From positions 4,633 to 68,632 of the forward strand of contig DAQX01000007.1 of the NCBI GenBank assembly GCA_002503055.1: a DNA stretch of 64,000 nucleotides, written 5' to 3'. The notes below the pieces were generated by a model, which was not told where the DNA came from, made no database searches, and saw nothing but the letters and a program-made list of their open reading frames with translations. Below, piece by piece: positions 1 through 9,387 of the stretch (positions are counted from its first letter, which is position 1; each line of letters opens with the position of its first letter). The stretch is from Euryarchaeota archaeon UBA86 (GTDB taxonomy: Archaea > Thermoplasmatota > Poseidoniia > Poseidoniales > Thalassarchaeaceae). Position numbers and translations under genes: made by a program.

Positions 1-2
1 AC

Positions 3-3000
3 TTTGGAACTCATCAACCCGCTGCAATTTCAAATGGCAACAACCACAATTGTGCTATCCTCACTGACGGCTCAGTCAGTTGCTGGGGGCGTAATAATCT
101 AGGGCAATTAGGAGACGGAACCAATTCCAACCGAAATGCCCCGGTCAGCGTCGATTTGGGAACTAATACAACTGCTGTTGCCATATCGGCAGGAACTGAT
201 TTCACCTGTGCAATTACTAATTCAGGCGCTGTGAAGTGTTGGGGATTCAATGGGTATGGCAATCTAGGCGACGGGTCCACTAGTGACACCAACACTCCGA
301 TTGAAGCCAATCATTCTACTGGTATGAGGGCAGTTGCTATCTCAACACCAGGATATGGAGTATGCGCTCTGTTCGAGAACGGTTCGATATACTGCTGGGG
401 GCAGACCTACACATCCTCGGCACTAAATGGGGCAGTTACTAATGGTTCAGTGAATATCGAAATTCCAACCGGAAGGACGGCAGAAGCAATTGATGGCATT
501 TCTTCTCACATGTGTGCGATTTTAGATAACGGCTCCATCAACTGCTGGGGAGTCAACACATACGGCCAATGGGGAGACGGAACCTGCAGCTCTGTCATTA
601 CATCAAGCGGGTGCACGGGCGAGAACAGCAACACACCCGTCTATACGAATCTGAACTCTGGTAATTCCGCGATTGCGATTTCAGCGGGATCAGACTCCAC
701 ATGTGCTATCCTCGATGACTACTCTGTGCAGTGTTGGGGTAGACAGTCAGGAGAATTCGATGGCACTACTGATGATTTGCTAACTCCTCACACAATGAAT
801 TTCTCAAATGGTACAGAGATAGCCTATTCAGATCAAGATATGGATGGAGATGGGTTAGCCAACATCCTTGATACACACATGGCTGGAGATGATGACGGAG
901 ATGGCACCCCAGGAAGTGCCGACCCCTATCCAAACAATCCAACCAGATGGATGAATTGCGATTCTGGGAACTGGGGTAGGCTGACCTGCTCACCGGCCGA
1001 ACCGGGCCACTTTGCTATCATAGGCGATTTATATCATAGGCCATGTGAAGCAGGGTCCTACCAACCTGGATCTGGTTACGATTTGTGTTACGACTCCTCA
1101 GCAGGTAACTATGTCTCAATCACACAAGCAACATCTCAGTCCCAGTGTACTCAGGGAATGTATCAGGAGCAAGTAGGTCAGACTTCATGTGTCAACAGTG
1201 CAGCAGGGAACTACTCAGATCAGATTTTCGGCGATGCGGGCTCATACAATTCATCAGCATTCAATATCTCAGCGAATAGTGCGCTGTACAACGGAACAAT
1301 CCATTCTAGTTCAGACCTCCAAGATCTGTTTGTGATGAGTGTTCCCAGAGACTCGGGAGTAAGTGTTGGTTTGACTTCTCCATCAGGCGCTGACTTTGAT
1401 TTGGCAATTTATGATGAGAATCTCAATTTACTCAATTCAAGCTACACATCTGCATACGATCAGACTTCTACAAACAATACTAATTTCTCGTCAGATTCTA
1501 TGTTGTATATCCTCGTTTCACCTTGGAATGGAACCGGGCAGTACCAATTGCAAGTATGGCTATTCTCGACTTTAGATGGATCCGTGGTCGGGGACCCCAA
1601 CTTGAGTATCGAAGTCGAGTTAGGAGTCACTGACTACCAGTGTACTCCTGGTAATTTCCAGCCTAGTACTGGGCAACCAGCATGTCTTGACGCAGATCCC
1701 GGATATTTCGTCAACACAACCGGTTCGACCACACAATCTCCGTGTACTCCTGGTAATTTCCAGTCGGCACCTGGGCAGACATATTGTATTCAGGCTACAA
1801 TTGGTCACTATGTCGATGTATATGCGTCTGCTGACCAAATCCCCGCATCTCCTGGACACTATGTCAACACCACAGGAGCCACTAGTCAGGAGGCCTGCTC
1901 AACTGGAACATATCAGCCAGGAATCGCTCAGACAGATTGTCTCGATGCCGACGCTGGTCACTTTGTCGGTACGACTGGCGCCGCCTCGCAGTCTGAATGC
2001 TACTACGGAACCTACCAACCTAACACCGGACAATCATCTTGCATAGATGCCTCTGCTGGATACTATGTGCCCACTACGGCAGCAACTAACCAGACAGCCT
2101 GTTCTCTGGGTACCTACCAACCTAATACCGGAGAATCTTCTTGCCTCGGTGCAGACCCCGGTCATTATGTAAACACATTAGCAGCTACCTCTCAGACACC
2201 TTGTGACATTGGCTCTTTCCAGCCCCTATCTGCCTCTGACAGGTGTAATGCCGCTGATCCCGGATACTATGTCCCCAACACAGGATCGGCCAATCAGACG
2301 GCATGCGACTTTGGAACATTCCAGCCCAACCCCGGAGCCTCGGCCTGCATCATTTCTCCCTCAGGGCACTATGTCCCAACCACTGCAGCCACAGCACCTA
2401 CTCCATGTTCATCAGGCACATACAATCCTTCCCTGGGGTCCAACACTTCTCTAGATTGCATGCATGCCGATCCGGGATATGCGGTTCCGGACCCCGGATC
2501 ATCATACCAGACTCCCTGTACACCAGGTCACTATCAACCATCTTCTGGCCAGACTTCTTGTTTAGAGGCTGATGCAGGCCACTTTGTCTCATCACTAGGG
2601 GCCGATTCACAAACTCCCTGCAGTATAGGGACATACACTGCTAATACCTCACAGTCGGCCTGTACCGAAGCGAGCCCAGGACACTATGTTAGCACCCCCG
2701 GATCGACATATGAGGAAGCATGCTCTATCGGCACATACAATACCCAAAGTGGCTCAACTTCTGCCTCAGACTGCTTGCCAGCTGATGCAGGGAATTATGT
2801 CCCTATGGCCGGTGCAGCAGAACAGATTCCATGCGCTGAAGGAAACTATCAGCCGAGTATAGGCCAGTCTTCGTGTATCATGTCTGATCCAGGGCATTAT
2901 GTTCCGGGAACAAACTACCAATCTCAGTTGGAATGTCAATTAGGTTCATTCCAACAGTATGCAGGCGCGTCTTCTTGCACATTAGCTGAGCCGGGACACT

Positions 3001-4451
3001 ATGTTGACAGCATTGCATCTGACACACAGAAGCAGTGCCCTCCAACTACATACAACCCAGAAATAGGGGCCGATGAACGTGATGACTGCATAGATGTTGA
3101 TCCCGGACACTACGCCAGCGAGTGGGCTACTCCCGAGCAGATTGAATGCGATCTAGGAACCTATCAACCCAACTCGGCCCAATCAAATTGTTTGGAAGCA
3201 GATCCTGGATACTTCGTTTCTTCATCCGCCTCGACTTCGCAATCGGCCTGTCCGGCTGGCACCTACAATCCATCCCAGTCTTCTGGTAGTGCTGCGGATT
3301 GTTTACCCGCTGATCCAGGATATTTTGTAGACAACCAGGCCAGCCCGGCTCAGACTGCTTGCAGCCCGGGAACATATCAGGACATGCCCGGCCAACTCTC
3401 TTGCGATGATGCAAGTCCAGGATACTATGTTTCCACCGATGGACAGTCGGAGCAGATACCTGCCCCACTCGATAGTTATGCAACAGGGGCTAGGAATATC
3501 GGTTACGAGGATTGCCCAGCGAACCACATCACCTTACAGTTGGGAGCGATTTCAAGTGATGATTGCTATCTCGACACGGATGGAGATAGGACACAGGATG
3601 CTAGTGATCCCGATGACGATAACGACGGAGTCAACGATGGCATGGATATGTGCCCAACAGGTCTGATGGGATGGTCCAGCAGTCCAGGCTCAGATTTCGA
3701 CGGCGACGGATGTAAGGACAGCGACGAGGATGCTGATGACGATAACGACGGCTTCCCCGATGAGAGCGATGCCTTACCTCTCAACCAAGATGAGTGGGCA
3801 GACAGTGACATGGATGGAATCGGAGATAATGCCGATACTGATGATGACAATGACGGACTATCCGACTCCGATGAGGATGCCGCTGGTACTGATCCAAGGG
3901 ATACAGACACCGATGATGACGGATTCAATGATGGAGTAGATACTTTCCCCCTCAATCCAAACGAGTGGACAGACTCTGATGGAGATGGATACGGAGACAA
4001 CGAAGACGCATTCCCCTCTGATGCTTCGAAATACTTGGAGGAGGACACTGTCGCCAAGTATGGATTGGTCATTGCACTAGCAGTAGGAATGTTGGCTGTA
4101 GGGCTTGGTGGCTGGATGGTAATGCGACGAAGAGAAGATTCCGAAACCCCTCCTGCTTTCGAGCATACTCAGAATGTGATGATTCCGCAGCAAGAGGTAG
4201 CCACAGAGGTCCCAACAGAAGAACCGGTAATTGCATCGACCCCACAACTAGAGTCAGAGATGGATACTAGTCAGTTCCTAGAGAGTCTTGAGGTAGATCT
4301 ACAGAGGCCAAACCCTCCTCCGGATGCCAAGTTGAACGAGCATGGACAGTTGGTATGGGTTGATGACTCTGGCACGGTTTACGCACAGAATCCAGATGGT
4401 AGCATTCTGACTTTCGATGTCTCCACCGGAGCTTGGACGCCTCTAGATTAA
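3..4451 (+). CDS. Large membrane-anchored surface protein, 5'-truncated by the window: RCC1-like repeats, PPC-like domain, about 20 Cys-rich GCC2/GCC3-like repeats, thrombospondin type 3 (Asp-rich) repeats, C-terminal TM helix and cytoplasmic tail
   Basis: Frame is open from base 3 (HNCAILTDGSVSCWGRNNLGQLGDG, RCC1 type). Repeats CxxGxYQxxxGQxxCxxAxPGxYV; DxDxDG repeats; TM YGLVIALAVGMLAVGLGGWMVM followed by RRR. Confidence 0.9.
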   Translation, partial: FGTHQPAAISNGNNHNCAILTDGSVSCWGRNNLGQLGDGTNSNRNAPVSVDLGTNTTAVAISAGTDFTCAITNSGAVKCWGFNGYGNLGDGSTSDTNTPIEANHSTGMRAVAISTPGYGVCALFENGSIYCWGQTYTSSALNGAVTNGSVNIEIPTGRTAEAIDGISSHMCAILDNGSINCWGVNTYGQWGDGTCSSVITSSGCTGENSNTPVYTNLNSGNSAIAISAGSDSTCAILDDYSVQCWGRQSGEFDGTTDDLLTPHTMNFSNGTEIAYSDQDMDGDGLANILDTHMAGDDDGDGTPGSADPYPNNPTRWMNCDSGNWGRLTCSPAEPGHFAIIGDLYHRPCEAGSYQPGSGYDLCYDSSAGNYVSITQATSQSQCTQGMYQEQVGQTSCVNSAAGNYSDQIFGDAGSYNSSAFNISANSALYNGTIHSSSDLQDLFVMSVPRDSGVSVGLTSPSGADFDLAIYDENLNLLNSSYTSAYDQTSTNNTNFSSDSMLYILVSPWNGTGQYQLQVWLFSTLDGSVVGDPNLSIEVELGVTDYQCTPGNFQPSTGQPACLDADPGYFVNTTGSTTQSPCTPGNFQSAPGQTYCIQATIGHYVDVYASADQIPASPGHYVNTTGATSQEACSTGTYQPGIAQTDCLDADAGHFVGTTGAASQSECYYGTYQPNTGQSSCIDASAGYYVPTTAATNQTACSLGTYQPNTGESSCLGADPGHYVNTLAATSQTPCDIGSFQPLSASDRCNAADPGYYVPNTGSANQTACDFGTFQPNPGASACIISPSGHYVPTTAATAPTPCSSGTYNPSLGSNTSLDCMHADPGYAVPDPGSSYQTPCTPGHYQPSSGQTSCLEADAGHFVSSLGADSQTPCSIGTYTANTSQSACTEASPGHYVSTPGSTYEEACSIGTYNTQSGSTSASDCLPADAGNYVPMAGAAEQIPCAEGNYQPSIGQSSCIMSDPGHYVPGTNYQSQLECQLGSFQQYAGASSCTLAEPGHYVDSIASDTQKQCPPTTYNPEIGADERDDCIDVDPGHYASEWATPEQIECDLGTYQPNSAQSNCLEADPGYFVSSSASTSQSACPAGTYNPSQSSGSAADCLPADPGYFVDNQASPAQTACSPGTYQDMPGQLSCDDASPGYYVSTDGQSEQIPAPLDSYATGARNIGYEDCPANHITLQLGAISSDDCYLDTDGDRTQDASDPDDDNDGVNDGMDMCPTGLMGWSSSPGSDFDGDGCKDSDEDADDDNDGFPDESDALPLNQDEWADSDMDGIGDNADTDDDNDGLSDSDEDAAGTDPRDTDTDDDGFNDGVDTFPLNPNEWTDSDGDGYGDNEDAFPSDASKYLEEDTVAKYGLVIALAVGMLAVGLGGWMVMRRREDSETPPAFEHTQNVMIPQQEVATEVPTEEPVIASTPQLESEMDTSQFLESLEVDLQRPNPPPDAKLNEHGQLVWVDDSGTVYAQNPDGSILTFDVSTGAWTPLD

Positions 4452-4455
4452 TTAT

Positions 4456-5436
4456 TCACAGAATGAAGGCGTTGGCCCCCCAAGCCAACCCCCCTCCGAA
4501 GGCAACTGTGATCACCAGATCTCCTTCTGCAATCAGGCCCTCATCGATAGCTTCTCGCATTGCAATAGGTACACTTGCACCTGCAGTGTTTCCATACTTG
4601 TGCAGATTTGTAAATGTCTTTTCCATCGGCAGACCGAGTTTTTCCATACCAGTCTTGATGATGTTGATATTGGCCTGATGCGGGATTATCATTGACACAT
4701 CTTCTAGTGTATGCCCAGTCCTTTCGAGAACAGCCAAGACAGCTTGCGGAAATGCTTCAGTTGCAAAGTCCCAAACCGCACGTCCATCCATGTGGAAGTA
4801 CTGGTCACCATCTTCGAATTCCGAAGATGGAATTGGTTTCCTAACTCCTCCCGCTGGAATCTCAATGACTCCGGCTCCGGCGCCGTCGGACATCATCCAA
4901 CTGCCTAGTAGACCCCTGCCTTCGTCCACTTGCTGAAGGACGGCTGCCCCGGCACCGTCACCGAAGAGGACGCAGGTTGTACGATCCTCCCAGTTGAGAA
5001 TTCGACTGTAGACCTCAGAACCCACGACCAGCACGTTGTCGTATCCAGGAGTCCCGACGAAGCGCCCTCCGATGTCCAGAGCATGTACCCAGCCAGCACA
5101 CACCGCATTGACATCGAATGCTGCAGCGTTAATGCAACCCAGTTTATGCTGGGTTATTCCGGCTGTAGAAGAGAGAGGAACATCCGGGGAAGATGTGGCG
5201 AGGATTAGCAAGTCCACATCTTCGGGACCGATTCCTGCTTCGTCCATTGCTTGCTTACAAGCGTTGACTGCGAGGTCACTAGTGCAGACATCGTCTGCGG
5301 CGATTCTACGCTCTTTCATCCCCGTCTTGGTGAAAATCCATTCATCACTGGTCTCGACCAATTCTGCCCAGTCTTCATTGGTCATGACTTTGGGAGGTAC
5401 ATAAGCCCCGAGACCAACGATGCCTGCAGGTGGCAT
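4456..5436 (-). CDS. fabH: Beta-ketoacyl synthase III (FabH family)
   Basis: TSDEWI, catalytic Cys in NAVCAG, LFGDGAGA, HQAN, GNTAGAS, FGGGLAWG. Start set at ATG 5436 (MPPAG). Confidence 0.9.
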   Translation of the reverse strand: MPPAGIVGLGAYVPPKVMTNEDWAELVETSDEWIFTKTGMKERRIAADDVCTSDLAVNACKQAMDEAGIGPEDVDLLILATSSPDVPLSSTAGITQHKLGCINAAAFDVNAVCAGWVHALDIGGRFVGTPGYDNVLVVGSEVYSRILNWEDRTTCVLFGDGAGAAVLQQVDEGRGLLGSWMMSDGAGAGVIEIPAGGVRKPIPSSEFEDGDQYFHMDGRAVWDFATEAFPQAVLAVLERTGHTLEDVSMIIPHQANINIIKTGMEKLGLPMEKTFTNLHKYGNTAGASVPIAMREAIDEGLIAEGDLVITVAFGGGLAWGANAFIL

Positions 5437-5477
5437 TGCCCACGCTCCACCTAGAGAGGACTTTGACTGTTGCTGAG

Positions 5478-6950
5478 TTAATCGTGTTTCACACACACGT
5501 TCATGGCCTCGGAGAAGAAGCCCAAACTCCACCTTCCTCCTTCTCGGCCGACTCCGCTATCCTTGACTCCACCAAATGGTGCTCGTAAGTCTCTGTGCAA
5601 CCAGGTATTGACCCAGACCATTCCGGTTTCCAACGATTCAGAAATTCTCTTTCCACGCACTAGGTCACCGGTCCAGACGCTGCCGGCAAGTCCGTATCGG
5701 GTGTTGTTGGCGATGGCAACAGCCTCCTCTTCACTGCTGAATCGATGAAGCGTCACTACTGGACCAAAGATCTCCTCAATGGAGCATCGTGAATCAGGCC
5801 CCAATCCCTCGATGACCGTTGGCGCCATCCAGTTGCCATGCTCGAATTCGGGTGTCAGACAAGGCTGCCCCCCTGTCAACAGAATTCCACCTTCCTTTTT
5901 GGCTAACTCGACATAACTGCTTACCTTGTCGAGGTGTTCACTAGAGATCAATGCTCCAAGATCAGTCTCCTCATCCGAGGGATCTCCTATCTGCATCGAT
6001 TTTACGGCTTCGACGAAACGGTCACGGAACTGTTCGTAAATCGAATCCTCGACAAGAACGCGTGAACCACATAGACATACTTGTCCTTGGTTTAGGAAAC
6101 CAGCTCTGACCACACCTGAAACAGTTGCTTCCATATCGCAGTCCGAGAATACAATACTTGCATTCTTCCCTCCTAGTTCTAGACTCAGTTTCTTGAATGA
6201 CGGGGCAGCCGATGCAGCAACCTTCTGACCTGTATCGGTCCCACCGGTAAATGAGACTAAGTCTACATCCTTGTGTGCAACCAGCGGAGCGCCAGTACCT
6301 CCTCCGTCTCCATGTACTAGGTTGACCACACCTGCAGGAAGTCCGACATCGTGAATTACTTGCATGAGTAGGTCTGCGGTCATCGGAGTAAGTTCACTAG
6401 GCTTGCAAACCACACAATTTCCCATTCCAATTGCCGGTGCAACCTTCCACGAGAGTAGGTATAGAGGCAGATTCCAGGGAGTGATTAGTGCACCAACTCC
6501 TACCGGCTTGTGGATAACGAAGTTGGTCGAATCTTCCATCTCGAAGATTTCTGATTCCTGCTCTCGAAGGAGCCCGGCGAAGAATCGGAAGTTGGTCACA
6601 GAACGTTGCGCATCTACGGCTCTAGCGAGAGAGATTGGCTTGCCGGTATCTCGACTCTCCAAGGATGCGATGTCCTCGTAGCGAGCCTCTAAGGCATCCG
6701 CAATACGATCCAACCATCCTGCTCTTTCAGCTATACTCAATGCACCCCATGCCGGCTGCGCCTCTCGAGCTACTGCTACTGCAGCATCCACATCTTCTGC
6801 AGTAGACAATGGAACTCGTGCAAACCTCCGGCCTGTCGCAGGTTCGAGAACATTCATCCATTTATCGCCAGAATGGCAGACAAACTCGCCTCCGATGTAA
6901 TTGCATAAATCGAATGGCTCGTCAACATCACCGTATTTCTCAGGATCCAT
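5478..6950 (-). CDS. Aldehyde dehydrogenase, 2-aminomuconate/2-hydroxymuconate semialdehyde dehydrogenase (ALDH8)-like
   Basis: ITPWNLPLYLLSWK, LELGGKN, NQGQVCLCGSR, EEIFGPV, WVNTWLHRDLRAPFGG. Confidence 0.88.
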   Translation of the reverse strand: MDPEKYGDVDEPFDLCNYIGGEFVCHSGDKWMNVLEPATGRRFARVPLSTAEDVDAAVAVAREAQPAWGALSIAERAGWLDRIADALEARYEDIASLESRDTGKPISLARAVDAQRSVTNFRFFAGLLREQESEIFEMEDSTNFVIHKPVGVGALITPWNLPLYLLSWKVAPAIGMGNCVVCKPSELTPMTADLLMQVIHDVGLPAGVVNLVHGDGGGTGAPLVAHKDVDLVSFTGGTDTGQKVAASAAPSFKKLSLELGGKNASIVFSDCDMEATVSGVVRAGFLNQGQVCLCGSRVLVEDSIYEQFRDRFVEAVKSMQIGDPSDEETDLGALISSEHLDKVSSYVELAKKEGGILLTGGQPCLTPEFEHGNWMAPTVIEGLGPDSRCSIEEIFGPVVTLHRFSSEEEAVAIANNTRYGLAGSVWTGDLVRGKRISESLETGMVWVNTWLHRDLRAPFGGVKDSGVGREGGRWSLGFFSEAMNVCVKHD

Positions 6951-8134
6951 CAGGAACCCTCCATGCCCTCATTGGAGAATGGGTCGGAACGAGTCATTGC
7001 TTCAGTATATTCCTTCCAGTCCATCGTGAACCTATCTCGGTCAGGATCCCACTCGTCCCAGGTTACAACACTCTCCAAGACATCAAGATACTGAGGGGGG
7101 ACAATTCTGGGCACAATGAAGGCCTTTTGGCGATGCAGGGGATATGGATTTCTGAGTTCAATTCCTAGGACTCCAAGTACTGCTCTAGCAACATACCATG
7201 TCGCTTGACTATTCCATCCATGAGCTATCTTGATTACGATACCAAGTCCCTTTGGCCAGTCAGGGTGAATGACCGAGAGGCCGAGTAGACCATCGGCACC
7301 TTCCTTAGCGAGTAGTTTTCCTTCGCCGGCCTTCAGACATGTTGAGTCTAGTCGATTGAATCCCCCAATCAGATCGGGGTGTTCATTCATCGAATTCCAA
7401 ATCCAGTCATCGTCCTTCTCGCGGGCAAGACCTGCAAAGAGAATTGCCAATTCATCTACTGTGTTGGAAACAGTCGGCAGCCCACAGCCGTCCTTAGCTA
7501 CTCTCTGTGGTTCCCAATTCGGATTGCCCATCATATCTCTGAGGACATCTAGGAACATTGGGAACCAAGGTGAACTCGGCAAGGTGTAGCCAGCCCTATT
7601 AATTCCCATTCTTCGTAAAGCCTTGAGCATCGCAGCGTGCTCGCCGGAGCAAGTGTGAAACCACCTACGAGGCCGCCTGACCTGTCGACCAAACTGAATT
7701 AGTGGCACATCTAGAGGACATTGCATCAGGCCCCATTCTGATTCCGTAAGAAGAGATTGTGCTGCTGCCACATGCTCTGTGTCACCATTGTGAGATGAGC
7801 AGGAGATAGCCAACTGCACACTGCTCAGTCCTTCTTCGGTCAAGGCATCCTTGAACACCTTCATCATCAGTGGTTTCATCATCGAGCGCCCGTAAACGAG
7901 AACATTTCCTCCAAAGGAGTGGATTATCTCGGTACCATGAGCCCATGCGATTGCGCCATGAATGGTATTCTCACTGACATCCATTCTTCTGAAATCAACC
8001 AACGGCTCCCACTCGACATCGCGCCCAGTCGCAATTCCCTCGTACTGCTCTCCAAGGGGATTATTCGGATATATGGCCGAACCAGGCCTACCCGGGGAAA
8101 CACTAGATGGCTGCTCACCGAGGTCCTCACTCAT
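6950..8134 (-). CDS. L-asparaginase II family (Rhizobium etli-type, class 3) protein, variant
   Basis: RSMMKP, CSSHNG, TCSGEH (family consensus NCSGKH), DGCGLP, AKEGADG. Confidence 0.8.
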   Translation of the reverse strand: MSEDLGEQPSSVSPGRPGSAIYPNNPLGEQYEGIATGRDVEWEPLVDFRRMDVSENTIHGAIAWAHGTEIIHSFGGNVLVYGRSMMKPLMMKVFKDALTEEGLSSVQLAISCSSHNGDTEHVAAAQSLLTESEWGLMQCPLDVPLIQFGRQVRRPRRWFHTCSGEHAAMLKALRRMGINRAGYTLPSSPWFPMFLDVLRDMMGNPNWEPQRVAKDGCGLPTVSNTVDELAILFAGLAREKDDDWIWNSMNEHPDLIGGFNRLDSTCLKAGEGKLLAKEGADGLLGLSVIHPDWPKGLGIVIKIAHGWNSQATWYVARAVLGVLGIELRNPYPLHRQKAFIVPRIVPPQYLDVLESVVTWDEWDPDRDRFTMDWKEYTEAMTRSDPFSNEGMEGS

Positions 8135-9376
8135 TTACTCCCCTCCATTCACTCGCGGGGCGACCTTAGTCATGAATGCCGTCATGTTTCTCATCACTCT
8201 CTCGCTGTCGTGGTTGAAGAAGTCGAACCAGCACATTAACCGATCTTCGGGGTCGAACCTCTCGAGAATCTGCCGACTAACAGTTTCGACATTTCCAATT
8301 ACAGCGTTGTCTGTGGCCTTCTCGATTTTGGAAGGATCAATCGTTCCTTCTAGGGCACTCCAGTAAGTCTCCAGAGAAGCCCTCGCCTCTTCCATCGCGG
8401 CTTCGTCCTGCTCGTCTGGAGTGAGACCCACTTCGTCATTAACGAAAACCATGACAGTTCTTGGCATCATGCTTCGATGCCAATCCCCGCCGTCAGGATG
8501 ATAATTCTCAGACATCCTATCGTGAGTCTGATCGATAATATGAGGAGGAGTAATGCTCAGGTTGAACACCTGTACAGGAAGCTGTTTGTTGACTTCGACC
8601 TGTAGAGAAGGATCGTGACTTCCTAGCACTAGATTGAGCAATTCTCTACGCCAATTTTGTGGAATGGTCTTGATTTCCTCAAAGTCATATCTTCGGCCAA
8701 TTTCGATTGAGTTGGGAGGTGAATCCAAACCCTCCTCCCTAATCACGGTCTGCTGTACTCTTTCCCAATCCTCATCCGAGCGGAAATTATCTCGGACCAG
8801 AATCGTAGGTCGAATCATATCACTGGATACTACTTCGCCCTTGAGAAGTCTAAGGAATATCTCCGATGCTTCAGCAAAAACTTGGCCTCTAAGGGCAGGC
8901 CAGGCGGCCTCCTCAACTACATTACGAGGGACAATACCGTATGGGCGAGCCATGAATTCGAAGCGCCCGGCTGAGAACCCAATGTGCAACCTTCGAGACT
9001 CCTCTGGATTCAGTCCATGTAGGGCAAGGAAAGAGCCAACTCTTTCCGCCTGAGCAATCGGACCTCCCGATGCCAGAATCGACATCACAGCGCTTCCAAC
9101 ATCCATCCTATTGGTACGAGCAAACATTTCTCTTGCAACTTGAAAGAAGTCTGTGCAAAGCCCAACTTCGCCCGGATAATGTGGCACTACTGGCTTTGAA
9201 TTACGCTTCTGGACTTCTGTAGACAAGTGAGCTTGAGCTACCCATCCTACGCCGAAGCCCAATTCATCGGCCAATTCTACCTGATCGAAGAAATTGGAGA
9301 ACATCTCGCTCTCACTGGGAATGTATCCACTGGTATCAGGTGTCTGAGAGATCGAGAAGAAGACATCGAAGAGCAA
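8135..9376 (-). CDS. LLM class flavin-dependent oxidoreductase (luciferase-like monooxygenase)
   Basis: QVELADELGFGVGWVAQAH, VGSAV, PIAQAE, RLHIGFSAG, IGNVETV. TTG start after GGTGA SD. Confidence 0.8.
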   Translation of the reverse strand: MLFDVFFSISQTPDTSGYIPSESEMFSNFFDQVELADELGFGVGWVAQAHLSTEVQKRNSKPVVPHYPGEVGLCTDFFQVAREMFARTNRMDVGSAVMSILASGGPIAQAERVGSFLALHGLNPEESRRLHIGFSAGRFEFMARPYGIVPRNVVEEAAWPALRGQVFAEASEIFLRLLKGEVVSSDMIRPTILVRDNFRSDEDWERVQQTVIREEGLDSPPNSIEIGRRYDFEEIKTIPQNWRRELLNLVLGSHDPSLQVEVNKQLPVQVFNLSITPPHIIDQTHDRMSENYHPDGGDWHRSMMPRTVMVFVNDEVGLTPDEQDEAAMEEARASLETYWSALEGTIDPSKIEKATDNAVIGNVETVSRQILERFDPEDRLMCWFDFFNHDSERVMRNMTAFMTKVAPRVNGGE

Positions 9377-9387
9377 GCCATCACCAA

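Noticed and set aside
1640-3430. Recurring DNA repeats at about 100-nt period, resembling a CRISPR array or tandem repeat
   Set aside because: They are the in-frame Cys-rich protein repeats; degenerate at third positions with no repeat-spacer structure.
3566-4072. Ser-rich 168-aa antisense ORF, and many similar shadow ORFs in the track
   Set aside because: Mirror of Asp/Glu codons on the coding strand; no independent motifs.
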